From assembly GCA_036821185.1 (NCBI GenBank), contig DAISKD010000002.1, positions 17,527 through 81,526 on the forward strand: a DNA stretch of 64,000 nt, read 5' to 3'. This document shows positions 11,278-20,415 of this stretch, in pieces. How positions within the stretch are numbered: position 1 is the stretch's first letter; each line of letters starts with the position of its first letter. The notes under the pieces are model-generated. The model did no database searches. It was given only the letters and a program-made list of their open reading frames with translations, and was not told where the DNA came from. A program made the translations under genes and the position numbers. The DNA is from Chloroflexota bacterium (GTDB lineage Bacteria; Chloroflexota; Dehalococcoidia; GIF9; UBA5629).

Positions 11278-13947
11278 TTGCAGCCAGTAACGATTACGCT
11301 GGATGGCAATGAGGTAAGCGGCTACGCCGGGATGAGCATCCTGGCCCTGGCGCGAGAGGCAAGAGTTCATATACCCACGCTGTGTCACGATGACCACCTG
11401 CCAGATATAGGCGCTTGCCGTCTGTGCATCGTTGAAGAGGAAAACACCGGTGCTCTTTTGGCGGCTTGTGTCACCCCTATAGCCTCGGGAATGGTGATCA
11501 ATACCCGCTCGCCACGGGTGGTCTCCCACCGCAAGACAATAGTGGAACTCATGCTGGCAAGCCACCCCGATGCCTGCCCAGTGTGCGATAAGGGCAACCG
11601 CTGCAAGCTGAGAGAGTTTGCCGCTGAGATGGGAATATCACCCACCCACTTCCACCGCATACCTCAGGCAGCAACTATTCAGGAGCTCAATCCGTTCGTC
11701 CAGCGCGACTCGAGCAAATGTGTTTTGTGTGCCAAGTGTATCAGGGCCTGCGAGGAACTTGTGGTTGAAGGTGTCCTGGACTACTTCCAGCGGGGCTTTA
11801 AGGCCAAGCCAACAACATTTGGAGACTTACCGCTGGAGGTCTCGGGATGCACCTTCTGCGGTACCTGCGTGACGCTCTGCCCCACCGGTGCCCTGATGGA
11901 AAAGGATGCGCCGTACCGCGGGACAACACGAGAAACGGTGCAGACAACCTGTCCCTTCTGCAGCTGCGGCTGCAGCATTGAACTGGAAGTTAAAGACAAC
12001 CGTGTCGTCCGTTCAACGCCCAGGGAAATAGAGGGCAGCGACTACCGCCCCCTCTGCATCCGGGGGAGCTACGGTTACGATTTCACCCATAGCCCGGAAA
12101 GGCTTACTATGCCCCTCATCAGGCGGGACGGGGATCTGCAGGAGACAAGCTGGGAGGAGGCGCTGAAGCTGGTAGCTGATGAGCTTGAAAGAGTAAAGGA
12201 AAGGTACGGCCCCAATAGTATCGCCGTGCTCGGCTCAGCCCGCTGTACCAACGAAGAAGCCTATTTACTGCAACGGTTTGCCAGGTGCACTATCGGCACC
12301 AATAACGTGGATAGCAGCAGCCGCCTCTATAGCGCCGCCACCATCCTGGGGCTGGCCACCACCATCGGACTGCCCCAACCAGCAAACCAAATAGAGGCGA
12401 TCGAAAGGTCCGATGTAATTATGGTTGTCGGTGCCGATCCCACCACCTCTGCACCAGCAGCAAGCTATGCCATCAAGCGAGCTGTCAAGAGCAAAGGTGC
12501 CTGTTTAATACTGATAGACCCACGCCGCACCAAGCTCGCCTTTTTCGCCACACTCCAGCTGCAGCTAAGACCGGGGACGGACATCGCACTGCTGAACGCC
12601 CTGGCACATGTAATCGTGAAGGAAGACCTGTTGGACAAGGGGTATGTGGTGCGACGCACAGATAATTTTGAGCTATTTGCCAGGTCGCTGGAACAATACA
12701 CCCCGGAATATGCCTCCGGAGTCACCGGTGTCCCCGCCGAGCAAATAGTGGCTGCCGCCAGACTGTATGCTAAGGCAAGGCAGGCTTCCATTATTTATGG
12801 CAACGGTGTAACTCAGTACCCCACCGGGACTGACTGCATTAAGGCAATCGCTAATCTGGCGTTGCTGACCGGCAATGCCGGGCGAAAAGGCGGGGGCATT
12901 ATTTCTCTCCACAGGGAAAGCAACAGCTACGGTGTCATGGCTATGGGACTGTCACCCCGATTGTTCCCCGGGTTCCGCAGCGTGACCGACAAACTGGAAA
13001 GGGAAAGGCTTGAAGTGCTCTGGGGGGTAAAACTACCCGATCCATTGGGGCTGACAGCCCTTGAGATGCTACAGGAGGCAAGATCGGGGAAAATTAGAGC
13101 GCTATACATCTACGGCGAAGACCCCATGTCCAGCTTTCCCGACCGCCATCTGGTCAGCGAAGCCCTCAGCTCGCTGGAACTCCTTGTCGTCCAGGACATC
13201 TTCCTCACCGAGACAGCGAAGCTAGCAGCCGCGGTGCTCCCTGGAACCAGCCCGGCTGAGAAAGATGGTACCACCATAAACTTCGAGGGAAAGATAAGGA
13301 GGTTCCGAAAAGCGGTGGCACCACCCGGTGAGAGTCGCCCCGACTGGCAGATATTGGCCGAGATCGCGTCCAGAATGAAAAGACCGCTGCCGTTCTCCCG
13401 CTTTGAGGACATTGTAACGGAGATGGAGGACTGTATGCCTGGCTATCAGTATTACGGCGGTGAGGGCAAGGAATTCGACATTCAGACCACGGGCAACAAC
13501 CAGCAACCCGTGGAGGAGGCACCACGCGGCTTCCCCCGCTTCTGGCCTGTCGAATATTCTGAAGCTCCCACCCCGGATGACCGCGACTACCCGTTCCTCC
13601 TGCTTACCGGAGGCACTTTCCCTTACGCTAGCAGTAATTTATGGTTGCTCAAAGCACCGAGGCTGAGAAGGTTCCTTTCGCAGGGGTATGCCGAGCTTAG
13701 TCCTGAGGATGCCCGCAGCCTGGGTCTGGGCAACGGTGACCTGGCGAAGGTCACCTCGGCTGCGGGCACAGTGGTGGCCCCGGTAAGGGTGTCAACCGAC
13801 ATGCCACCGGGAATGGTCTTTGTCCCATGCTCATTCCCTGAGATAGCGGTGAACGGGCTTTTCCACATCATACTCGATACACAATCGAAAACACCGGCAT
13901 TTAAGTCCTGCCGGGTGAAGGTCGAAAGGGTGGTTATAAATGACTGA
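11278..13947 (+). CDS. FdhF/FdsA-like molybdopterin oxidoreductase subunit with a NuoG-like N-terminus. The catalytic Sec/Cys position is Tyr, making it SfrA-like.
   Basis: The N-terminus has a 2Fe-2S motif (CHDD...CRLC...C), then 4Fe-4S ferredoxin motifs, then a CPFCSCGC cluster. The molybdopterin domain is closely similar to E. coli FdhF, but the motif reads VDSSSRLYSAATILG where FdhF has VDCCARVUHGPSVAGL. A TTG start is assumed. Confidence 0.8.
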   Translation: MQPVTITLDGNEVSGYAGMSILALAREARVHIPTLCHDDHLPDIGACRLCIVEEENTGALLAACVTPIASGMVINTRSPRVVSHRKTIVELMLASHPDACPVCDKGNRCKLREFAAEMGISPTHFHRIPQAATIQELNPFVQRDSSKCVLCAKCIRACEELVVEGVLDYFQRGFKAKPTTFGDLPLEVSGCTFCGTCVTLCPTGALMEKDAPYRGTTRETVQTTCPFCSCGCSIELEVKDNRVVRSTPREIEGSDYRPLCIRGSYGYDFTHSPERLTMPLIRRDGDLQETSWEEALKLVADELERVKERYGPNSIAVLGSARCTNEEAYLLQRFARCTIGTNNVDSSSRLYSAATILGLATTIGLPQPANQIEAIERSDVIMVVGADPTTSAPAASYAIKRAVKSKGACLILIDPRRTKLAFFATLQLQLRPGTDIALLNALAHVIVKEDLLDKGYVVRRTDNFELFARSLEQYTPEYASGVTGVPAEQIVAAARLYAKARQASIIYGNGVTQYPTGTDCIKAIANLALLTGNAGRKGGGIISLHRESNSYGVMAMGLSPRLFPGFRSVTDKLERERLEVLWGVKLPDPLGLTALEMLQEARSGKIRALYIYGEDPMSSFPDRHLVSEALSSLELLVVQDIFLTETAKLAAAVLPGTSPAEKDGTTINFEGKIRRFRKAVAPPGESRPDWQILAEIASRMKRPLPFSRFEDIVTEMEDCMPGYQYYGGEGKEFDIQTTGNNQQPVEEAPRGFPRFWPVEYSEAPTPDDRDYPFLLLTGGTFPYASSNLWLLKAPRLRRFLSQGYAELSPEDARSLGLGNGDLAKVTSAAGTVVAPVRVSTDMPPGMVFVPCSFPEIAVNGLFHIILDTQSKTPAFKSCRVKVERVVIND

Positions 13948-14422
13948 GCAACTGCTGAATACCAGACTGGACTTAAGGAAGCTGAACGCGATTATCGCCG
14001 AGTATACTGGCCAGCGCTGGTCGCTGATTCCGCTGGTACAGCGGATACAAAACGAGTTCGGCTACATTCCACAGGAGTCAATACCACTAATCGCTCAAGC
14101 CCTCAAGCTGTTCCCCAGCCAGGTACAGGGGGTTATCTCGTTTTACGCCCAGCTCTACACCAAGCCACGGGGGAGAAAGGTGGTCAGGGTCTGCCGTGGC
14201 ACAGCCTGTCATGTGAGGGGCGGAAAAACCATCCTGAAGTTGGTCAAGCAGACTCTAGGAATCGAGGAGGGTGAGACCACCCCAGATATGGAATACACGC
14301 TGGAAACGGTGGCATGCATTGGAGTCTGCGCCCTAGCACCCAACATTGTCATCGATGATAGGGTGTTCGGGCATATGAACCCCAAGAAGGTTGACTATTT
14401 GCTGAAAAGAGGTGGCGAGTAA
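13940..14422 (+). CDS. NuoE/HoxE-like 24-kDa subunit with a thioredoxin-like [2Fe-2S].
   Basis: The CRGTACHVRGG...CIGVCALAP motif is present. The start overlaps the upstream stop. Confidence 0.85.
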   Translation: MTEQLLNTRLDLRKLNAIIAEYTGQRWSLIPLVQRIQNEFGYIPQESIPLIAQALKLFPSQVQGVISFYAQLYTKPRGRKVVRVCRGTACHVRGGKTILKLVKQTLGIEEGETTPDMEYTLETVACIGVCALAPNIVIDDRVFGHMNPKKVDYLLKRGGE

Positions 14423-14423
14423 C

Positions 14424-17400
14424 ATGGGACCACGGATCACTGTGCTCGTCTGTCAGGGTACAGGCTGCATTTCCAGTAGGTCAGACGCTGTGTACACCGC
14501 ATTCCAGGAACAGGTGACAGCACTGGGCCTAGCGAATGTGAAAGTGGACTTTACCGGATGCCACGGCTTTTGCGAGCAGGGACCAAATGTGGTCATCGAG
14601 CCCGAAGGCATATTCTACACCCATGTTCAAGTGGACGATGTCCCCGAAATCGTCAGTTCCCACCTCCGTGACGGCATAGCGGTCGAGCGCCTGTTCTACC
14701 GGGACCCCCTAAGTGGCAAACCTATCCCGCACTACTCCGAAATCAATTTCTACGCCAAGCAGCAGCGTGTCATCCTGAACAACTGCGGTCACATCAACCC
14801 CGAAAGCATCGAGGACTACATCAACAGCGGTGGCTTCCGCGCCCTGCGCAAAGCCCTGCTGGAGATGACACCGGAGCAGGTCATCGAAGAGGTAAAAGAG
14901 TCCGGCCTGCGCGGGCGCGGGGGCGCCGGCTTCCCCACCTGGCGAAAGTGGGAGTTCTGCCGTAGTGCCCTAGGAAGCCAGAAGTACGTCATCTGCAACG
15001 CCGATGAGGGAGACCCCGGCGCCTTTATGGACCGTTCCATACTTGAGGCCGACCCCTATGCTGTCATCGAGGGGCTCACCATCGCCGGCTATGCCATCGG
15101 GGCAACCCAGGGCTACATCTATGTAAGGGCTGAATACCCTCTTGCAGTCAGCAGGGTGCGCCACGCAGTAGAGCGCTGTCGGGAAAAGGGATACCTTGGC
15201 AGCAATATCCTCGGCTCCGGCTTCAATTTCACCATCGAGATCAAAGAGGGTGCCGGTGCCTTCGTCTGTGGCGAGGAGACAGCGCTAATAGCCTCCATTG
15301 AGAGCCGTCGAGGCATGCCCCGTCCCCGCCCACCTTTCCCGGCACAATCAGGCCTTGATGGAAAGCCCACCATTATCAACAATGTGAAGACCTTAGCCTC
15401 CGTACCATTGATCATCGCCAACGGCGCCAAATGGTATGCCAGCATCGGCACCGAGAAGAGCAAAGGTACAGCCGTTTTCGCCTTGACCGGGAAGGTGGCA
15501 AACAGCGGGCTGGTCGAGGTGCCCATGGGCACACCTCTCTCCACCATTATCTTCGACATCGGCGGCGGCATCCCCCGAGGTAAGCGGTTCAAAGCGGTAC
15601 AGACCGGGGGGCCCTCGGGAGGTTGCATCCCGGCACAGTTCCTTGATACGCCCGTGGACTATGAAAACCTTGCCAGGCTGGGCTCCATCATGGGCTCCGG
15701 CGGCATGGTGGTGATGGATGAGACTACCTGTATGGTGGAGGTCGCCCGTTACTTCCTCAGCTTCACCCAGATGGAGTCCTGTGGCAAATGTGTCCCCTGC
15801 CGGCTGGGAACAAGGCAGATGCTGGAGATTCTCACCAGAATTACGCAGGGCAAAGGACGCGATAGCGACATCGATACCTTGCTCGCCCTGGCCAGAACGG
15901 TGAAAGAATGCTCACTCTGCGGACTAGGGCAGACCTGCCCCAACCCCGTCCTCACCACGCTCACCTACTTCCGGGATGAGTACGAAGCCCACATTAAAGA
16001 GAAAAAGTGCCCGGCGGCGGTGTGCGATGCCTTGATGATCTCCCCCTGCCAGCACACCTGCCCCGTGGGCATCAACATACCGAAATATGTTGCCCACATC
16101 GCCGCCGGTGAATACTTCGAATCGATAGAGACCGTCAGAGAAAGAAATCCCTTTCCCGCCATCTGCGGTCGTATCTGCCACCATCCCTGCGAGGGCAGGT
16201 GCCGGCGCGGCGAACTGGACGAACCGGTGGCCATCAGGGCGCTGAAAAGATTTGTCGCCGACTGGTATTTTGAGCGTATCGATGAGTTACCTCCACCACA
16301 GCCATTCCCCAGGACGAAGAAGGAAAAGGTGGCAGTCATCGGCGCTGGTCCCTGCGGCCTCTCCTGCGCCTATTTCCTGGCACAAATGGGCTACGGGGTC
16401 ACCGTCTTCGAGGCTGCCGCAGTGGGCGGCGGCATGCCAGCGGTGGCAATACCCGACTTCCGCCTCCCACGGGAAGTCATAGATAAAGAGATCGACTATA
16501 TCGTGAAGCGGGGGGTGGAGATAAGGTACAATACGCCGCTTAATGCCAGCTTCACCATAGAACACCTGCGGTCCAGCGGCTATGACGCCGTGTTCATCGC
16601 CGCCGGGGCACAGAAAAGTCAGACAATCGGCATACCCGGTGAAAGTGAAGCCCTTTCTGGCTTCTATTACGGTCTGAAGTTCCTGCGCGATGTCAAACTT
16701 GGTAGGCAGTTAAAAGTGGGGCGGCGGGTAGCAGTCATCGGCGGCGGTAACGTCGCCCTCGATGCCTCACGCACTGCCCTCCGCCTCGGCGCAGAAGAGG
16801 TCAACGTCTACTACCGCCGCTCCCGCGAGGAGATGCCGGTGACCGAGGTCGAGTTCAACGAAGCAGTGGCTGAAGGTATCAAAATCCACTTTCTCGTCGG
16901 CCCCACCCGGATCGTCAGCCGGGACAGCAGTGTGGCTGGCCTACAGTGCGTTCGTATGAAGCTGGGTGAGCCCGACGAGAGCGCCCGTAGAAAGCCCATC
17001 CCTATCCCCGGATCAGAGTTCTTCGTCGAAGCAGATACCGTCATCGCCGCGGTAGGACAGGCAGCCGACCTCTCCTTCCTGCCACCTGACAGCGCCCTGG
17101 AGCGCAGCCGATGGGAGAGGCTGGTGGTCGACTCTAATACGCTGAGTACAAATGTGCCCGGTGTCTTCGCCGGTGGCGACTTCGTCTTCGGTCCTGGGAT
17201 GATAATCGATGCCATCGCCAGCGGTAGAAGGGGGGCACTAGCCATCGATAAGTACCTTAGAAATGATACTACGCGGGTGCATATGTACGACACAAAAGAG
17301 CCGGGCACCAGACCAGCAGAAAAGCCTACTACGGAGGAGGAAGAGACCTGGCAGGTTGCCTTCAGACCAAGACCACCCACGCTCCCTATCGAGATGAGGA

Positions 17401-17492
17401 AACGGAGCTTCCAGGAGACCGAGCTCGGGCTTTCCGAAGAGCAGGCTAGGTACGATGCTAGGCGGTGCCTGCGGTGCGACCTGGAGAGTTAG
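14424..17492 (+). CDS. Fusion protein: NuoE-like 2Fe-2S domain, NuoF-like NADH/FMN/4Fe-4S module, 2x[4Fe-4S] ferredoxin, and a GltD/NfnB-like FAD-NAD(P)H oxidoreductase. It is SfrB-like.
   Basis: Motifs seen are CQGTGC...CHGFC, GAGAFVCGEETALI with ESCGKCVPCR (NuoF N3), a CxxCxxCxxxCP pair, a GltD N-terminal cluster (CGRICHHPCEGRC), GxGxxG twice (VIGAGPCG and VIGGGNVALD), and FAGGD. Confidence 0.8.
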   Translation: MGPRITVLVCQGTGCISSRSDAVYTAFQEQVTALGLANVKVDFTGCHGFCEQGPNVVIEPEGIFYTHVQVDDVPEIVSSHLRDGIAVERLFYRDPLSGKPIPHYSEINFYAKQQRVILNNCGHINPESIEDYINSGGFRALRKALLEMTPEQVIEEVKESGLRGRGGAGFPTWRKWEFCRSALGSQKYVICNADEGDPGAFMDRSILEADPYAVIEGLTIAGYAIGATQGYIYVRAEYPLAVSRVRHAVERCREKGYLGSNILGSGFNFTIEIKEGAGAFVCGEETALIASIESRRGMPRPRPPFPAQSGLDGKPTIINNVKTLASVPLIIANGAKWYASIGTEKSKGTAVFALTGKVANSGLVEVPMGTPLSTIIFDIGGGIPRGKRFKAVQTGGPSGGCIPAQFLDTPVDYENLARLGSIMGSGGMVVMDETTCMVEVARYFLSFTQMESCGKCVPCRLGTRQMLEILTRITQGKGRDSDIDTLLALARTVKECSLCGLGQTCPNPVLTTLTYFRDEYEAHIKEKKCPAAVCDALMISPCQHTCPVGINIPKYVAHIAAGEYFESIETVRERNPFPAICGRICHHPCEGRCRRGELDEPVAIRALKRFVADWYFERIDELPPPQPFPRTKKEKVAVIGAGPCGLSCAYFLAQMGYGVTVFEAAAVGGGMPAVAIPDFRLPREVIDKEIDYIVKRGVEIRYNTPLNASFTIEHLRSSGYDAVFIAAGAQKSQTIGIPGESEALSGFYYGLKFLRDVKLGRQLKVGRRVAVIGGGNVALDASRTALRLGAEEVNVYYRRSREEMPVTEVEFNEAVAEGIKIHFLVGPTRIVSRDSSVAGLQCVRMKLGEPDESARRKPIPIPGSEFFVEADTVIAAVGQAADLSFLPPDSALERSRWERLVVDSNTLSTNVPGVFAGGDFVFGPGMIIDAIASGRRGALAIDKYLRNDTTRVHMYDTKEPGTRPAEKPTTEEEETWQVAFRPRPPTLPIEMRKRSFQETELGLSEEQARYDARRCLRCDLES

Positions 17493-17500
17493 GAGGTGCC

Positions 17501-18148
17501 ATGAAATCCATAACCAGACAGAAACCGTTCGAAGAGATCGCCGGACAACTCCGTGGCTTCAGCCGTATCTTCATCGCCGGTTGCGGTACCTGTGCCACCC
17601 TGACCCACACCGGCGGGGTAGAGGAGGTGGCAGCTATGAAGGAAAAGCTGGAGTCGGAAGGCAAGTTTGTCACCGGCTCTATAGTTATCCCGGTCGCCTG
17701 CGACGACATCACCGAGACGCTGGCAGGCGAGCACGAGGGCTCCATACTCAGCGCCCATGCCATACTGGTGATGGCGTGCGCCCTGGGCGTGCACAGGATA
17801 GCCAACAACGCATTCAACAAGCCGGTCATCCCCGCACTGGACACACTGTTCATCGGCATGGACTATGGACAAGGGGTGTTCCACGAGGTCTGTGCCCAAT
17901 GCGGTCAATGTGTTCTGGGCGAAATGGCCGGCATCTGCCCCATTACCGCCTGCCATAAAGGGCTGCTCAACGGTCCCTGCGGCGGCACCAATAACGGGAA
18001 GTGTGAGGTGGACAAGGAGAAAGACTGCGCCTGGACGCTCATCTACAACCGACTTAAGGATCAAGGCAGGCTCGATATGATGCGAAAATACCAGCGACCC
18101 AAGAATTATCAGGTCGTTCCCAGGCCACGGACTATCAAGGTGTTCTGA
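17501..18148 (+). CDS. metV: MetV-like protein: the Cys-rich Fe-S partner of methylene-THF reductase, containing the MTHFR C-terminal-like domain.
   Basis: About 215 aa with clustered Cys (CGTCATL; CAQCGQCVLGEMAGICPITACHKGLLNGPCGG). An AGGAGGTG RBS precedes it, and it lies directly upstream of metF as in acetogen metVF. Confidence 0.7.
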   Translation: MKSITRQKPFEEIAGQLRGFSRIFIAGCGTCATLTHTGGVEEVAAMKEKLESEGKFVTGSIVIPVACDDITETLAGEHEGSILSAHAILVMACALGVHRIANNAFNKPVIPALDTLFIGMDYGQGVFHEVCAQCGQCVLGEMAGICPITACHKGLLNGPCGGTNNGKCEVDKEKDCAWTLIYNRLKDQGRLDMMRKYQRPKNYQVVPRPRTIKVF

Positions 18149-18174
18149 GGCAGTCTAAAGAAGCGAGGTGGAAT

Positions 18175-19059
18175 ATGCCTTCAAAGTTTAAACAAGCGCT
18201 CGACTCCAATAAGTTCGTCATCACCAGTGAGATAGGCCCACCTAAGGGGACAAACCTGGAGAAGATGTACCACCACATCGACCTGCTTAAAGATAAGGTT
18301 GATGCCCTCAACGTCACCGACCACCAGAGCTCCGTCATGCGCTTTCCCTCCATCGGTGGTTGTCTAGCTATAAAAGAGCACGGCGGTGAGCCCATCTTGC
18401 AGATGACCTGCCGCGACCGCAACCGTTTGGCACTTCAGGCAGAACTCCTCTTCGCCTACACCAGAGGGATCAGGAATGTCCTCTGTCTCACCGGCGATGC
18501 CGTGCCCGTGGGCGACCACAAGGAAGCTAAAGGCGTCTTCGACCTCGACTCCGTGCAGTTGCTCCGGACGATACGGACACTGGAATCAGGAAAGGACGTC
18601 GGTGGAAATGACCTCGATGGTGCTGTGGAGTTCTGCGCCGGCGCTACCGTCACCCCAGAGGCAAACCCCATCGAACCACAGCTGATCAAATTCGAGAAAA
18701 AAGTGGAGGCTGGCGCCGAGTTCTTCCAGACACAGGCAATCTACGACCTGGACAAATTCGCCAAATTCATGCAGTTTGCTCGTCAGTTCCCTGTGAAAAT
18801 CCTCGCCGGCATCGTTCTGCTCTCTTCAGCTAGAATGGCAAAATACATGACAGAAAATGTACCCGGTATCTTCGTCCCTCAATACCTAATAGACGAGCTG
18901 GCAAACGCGCCCAAAGGCATGGCGCTTAACAAAGGCATCGAGATAGCTGGCAGGATGATAGCCACCATAAAGAAAGAGGGTATCTGCGACGGTGTCCACA
19001 TCATGGCTATCGGCAGGGAGGAGGTCGTCCCGGATATCATCCAGGCAGCTGGTATTTGA
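18175..19059 (+). CDS. metF: 5,10-methylenetetrahydrofolate reductase.
   Basis: A 294-aa MetF-like TIM barrel with typical N-terminal motifs (ITSEIGPPKG...) and a flavin-binding region. Confidence 0.85.
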   Translation: MPSKFKQALDSNKFVITSEIGPPKGTNLEKMYHHIDLLKDKVDALNVTDHQSSVMRFPSIGGCLAIKEHGGEPILQMTCRDRNRLALQAELLFAYTRGIRNVLCLTGDAVPVGDHKEAKGVFDLDSVQLLRTIRTLESGKDVGGNDLDGAVEFCAGATVTPEANPIEPQLIKFEKKVEAGAEFFQTQAIYDLDKFAKFMQFARQFPVKILAGIVLLSSARMAKYMTENVPGIFVPQYLIDELANAPKGMALNKGIEIAGRMIATIKKEGICDGVHIMAIGREEVVPDIIQAAGI

Positions 19060-19311
19060 TATTGATCCAGAGGGGCTCTACCGGCGACCCTATACCCACT
19101 TCATTCCACAGGACCCGCCTGCACGTTTTAGCGTCCGGTATAAAAGACCGAGCTAAAACATAGCCGCGAATGCGACGATGCCCATATATGGTATACCGTG
19201 GAAAATCCAGCAGGCACGCCCTTGCCTTTTGCATAGTCGCCAGCTAATCTATCTGTAGTCATAACATGCTTAATATCTCAACGATAGCTTTAAAGGGGCT
19301 GTTTTAGAGCG

Positions 19312-20034
19312 GTGCGGAGAGTCCTCAACATCGCCCATAGAGGTTTTACCAGGGTTTTTCCGGACAATTCCCTAGAGTCTCTGGACGCGGCTATCGAGAT
19401 AGGCGTTGATGGTGTGGAATTCGATGTTCGGGAGACCTCCGATAAAAATTTCGTCGTCTTCCATGATCCGAAGCTGCACGGCACCAGTATCAGGGAGCTG
19501 ACGCTGGCACAATTGCAGGGCGTAAAGCTGGAAGGAAAATACAAAATTCCCACACTGGAAGAAGTACTTCGCCTCTGCGGCAATCGTACCAGGCTGTTCA
19601 TTGAACTGAAGGCTGTGGAATCGTTTCCACGGCTGGTGGAGGTCCTGAGGTCAGAAGCACCGCTTTCCGATATCATGCTGCTATCTTTTAGCAGGGCTTT
19701 GCTTACCGAAGCCTTGTACCTGGCGCCAGACATTCCCAGGGCTATTATCGTTACATCTCCGGGAAAGAGTCCGCTGCAACTGATGGAATCGGTGCAGGCT
19801 GACGCTATTGTCGCCAGGTACCCGTTTGGGGGCAGAAAATTGGTCGAGGCGGTCCATGGGGTCGGCCGGGCTATCTTCGTCTGGGGCCTGCCATTACCTT
19901 GTTGTATCAACGGTGTTGTCAAGATGGATGTGGACGGTATCATCTCGGACTTCCCCGATGCGGTGGGGAAAAAGCTCAGCGAAAAGTTGTTGATCTGTCA
20001 AGCAGACGACCAAAAACCACCCAAACCAGAATAA
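19312..20034 (+). CDS. Glycerophosphodiester phosphodiesterase family protein.
   Basis: Carries GDPD catalytic motifs (HRG...E.D). A GTG start is assumed. Confidence 0.75.
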   Translation: MRRVLNIAHRGFTRVFPDNSLESLDAAIEIGVDGVEFDVRETSDKNFVVFHDPKLHGTSIRELTLAQLQGVKLEGKYKIPTLEEVLRLCGNRTRLFIELKAVESFPRLVEVLRSEAPLSDIMLLSFSRALLTEALYLAPDIPRAIIVTSPGKSPLQLMESVQADAIVARYPFGGRKLVEAVHGVGRAIFVWGLPLPCCINGVVKMDVDGIISDFPDAVGKKLSEKLLICQADDQKPPKPE

Positions 20035-20155
20035 GAACAAGAATTAGTCCTCAGGAATCTCTGGCAGCATCAGCTTTTTCACCTCAATAGCCTCTCTCAC
20101 CTTGCCTATTTATTATTGATGTTATTCCTATTACTTCTGAACAAATGCCCGTTTG

Positions 20156-20184
20156 TTGCCTTAGCCGCTGCGTCCCGCTATAAT
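20156..20184 (+). promoter_or_regulatory. Sigma70-like promoter: TTGCCT, 17 nt, TATAAT.
   Basis: A near-consensus -35/-10 pair with a 17-nt spacer lies about 230 nt upstream of the yeeE start codon. Confidence 0.4.
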
Positions 20185-20415
20185 ATCGGCGGACTTTGCA
20201 TAGAAAGGGGGTGACGCTATGGTTGTCCTGCATCGGCGGGTATGATTCGACCCGTTGACGGTGCACGTAGTGCACCACCACAGAGCCGCTGCACAGGAAG
20301 CCAGCAACGCCACCCCAACCCCAGATACCTGCTGAAGCTCCCGCTGGGCACCTCGCGTTGTTATGCTTCCCGGACAGCGGGCAAAACCATAACAACGAAG
20401 GAGGTGCTGATTTCA

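Noticed and set aside
11278-13947. Possible selenocysteine-containing formate dehydrogenase (in-frame TGA plus SECIS).
   Set aside because: The ORF is uninterrupted and the Sec-equivalent codon is TAT (Tyr). No in-frame UGA or downstream SECIS-like hairpin was seen.
17489-18064. 191-aa minus-strand ORF.
   Set aside because: It is antisense to metV and has no support.
19060-19311. Possible tRNA or ncRNA in the 250-nt gap between metF and the GDPD gene.
   Set aside because: No cloverleaf-compatible arms or conserved tRNA boxes were found. It has only a weak GTTTTAGC/GCTAAAAC hairpin without a U-tract and is probably a simple intergenic/promoter region.
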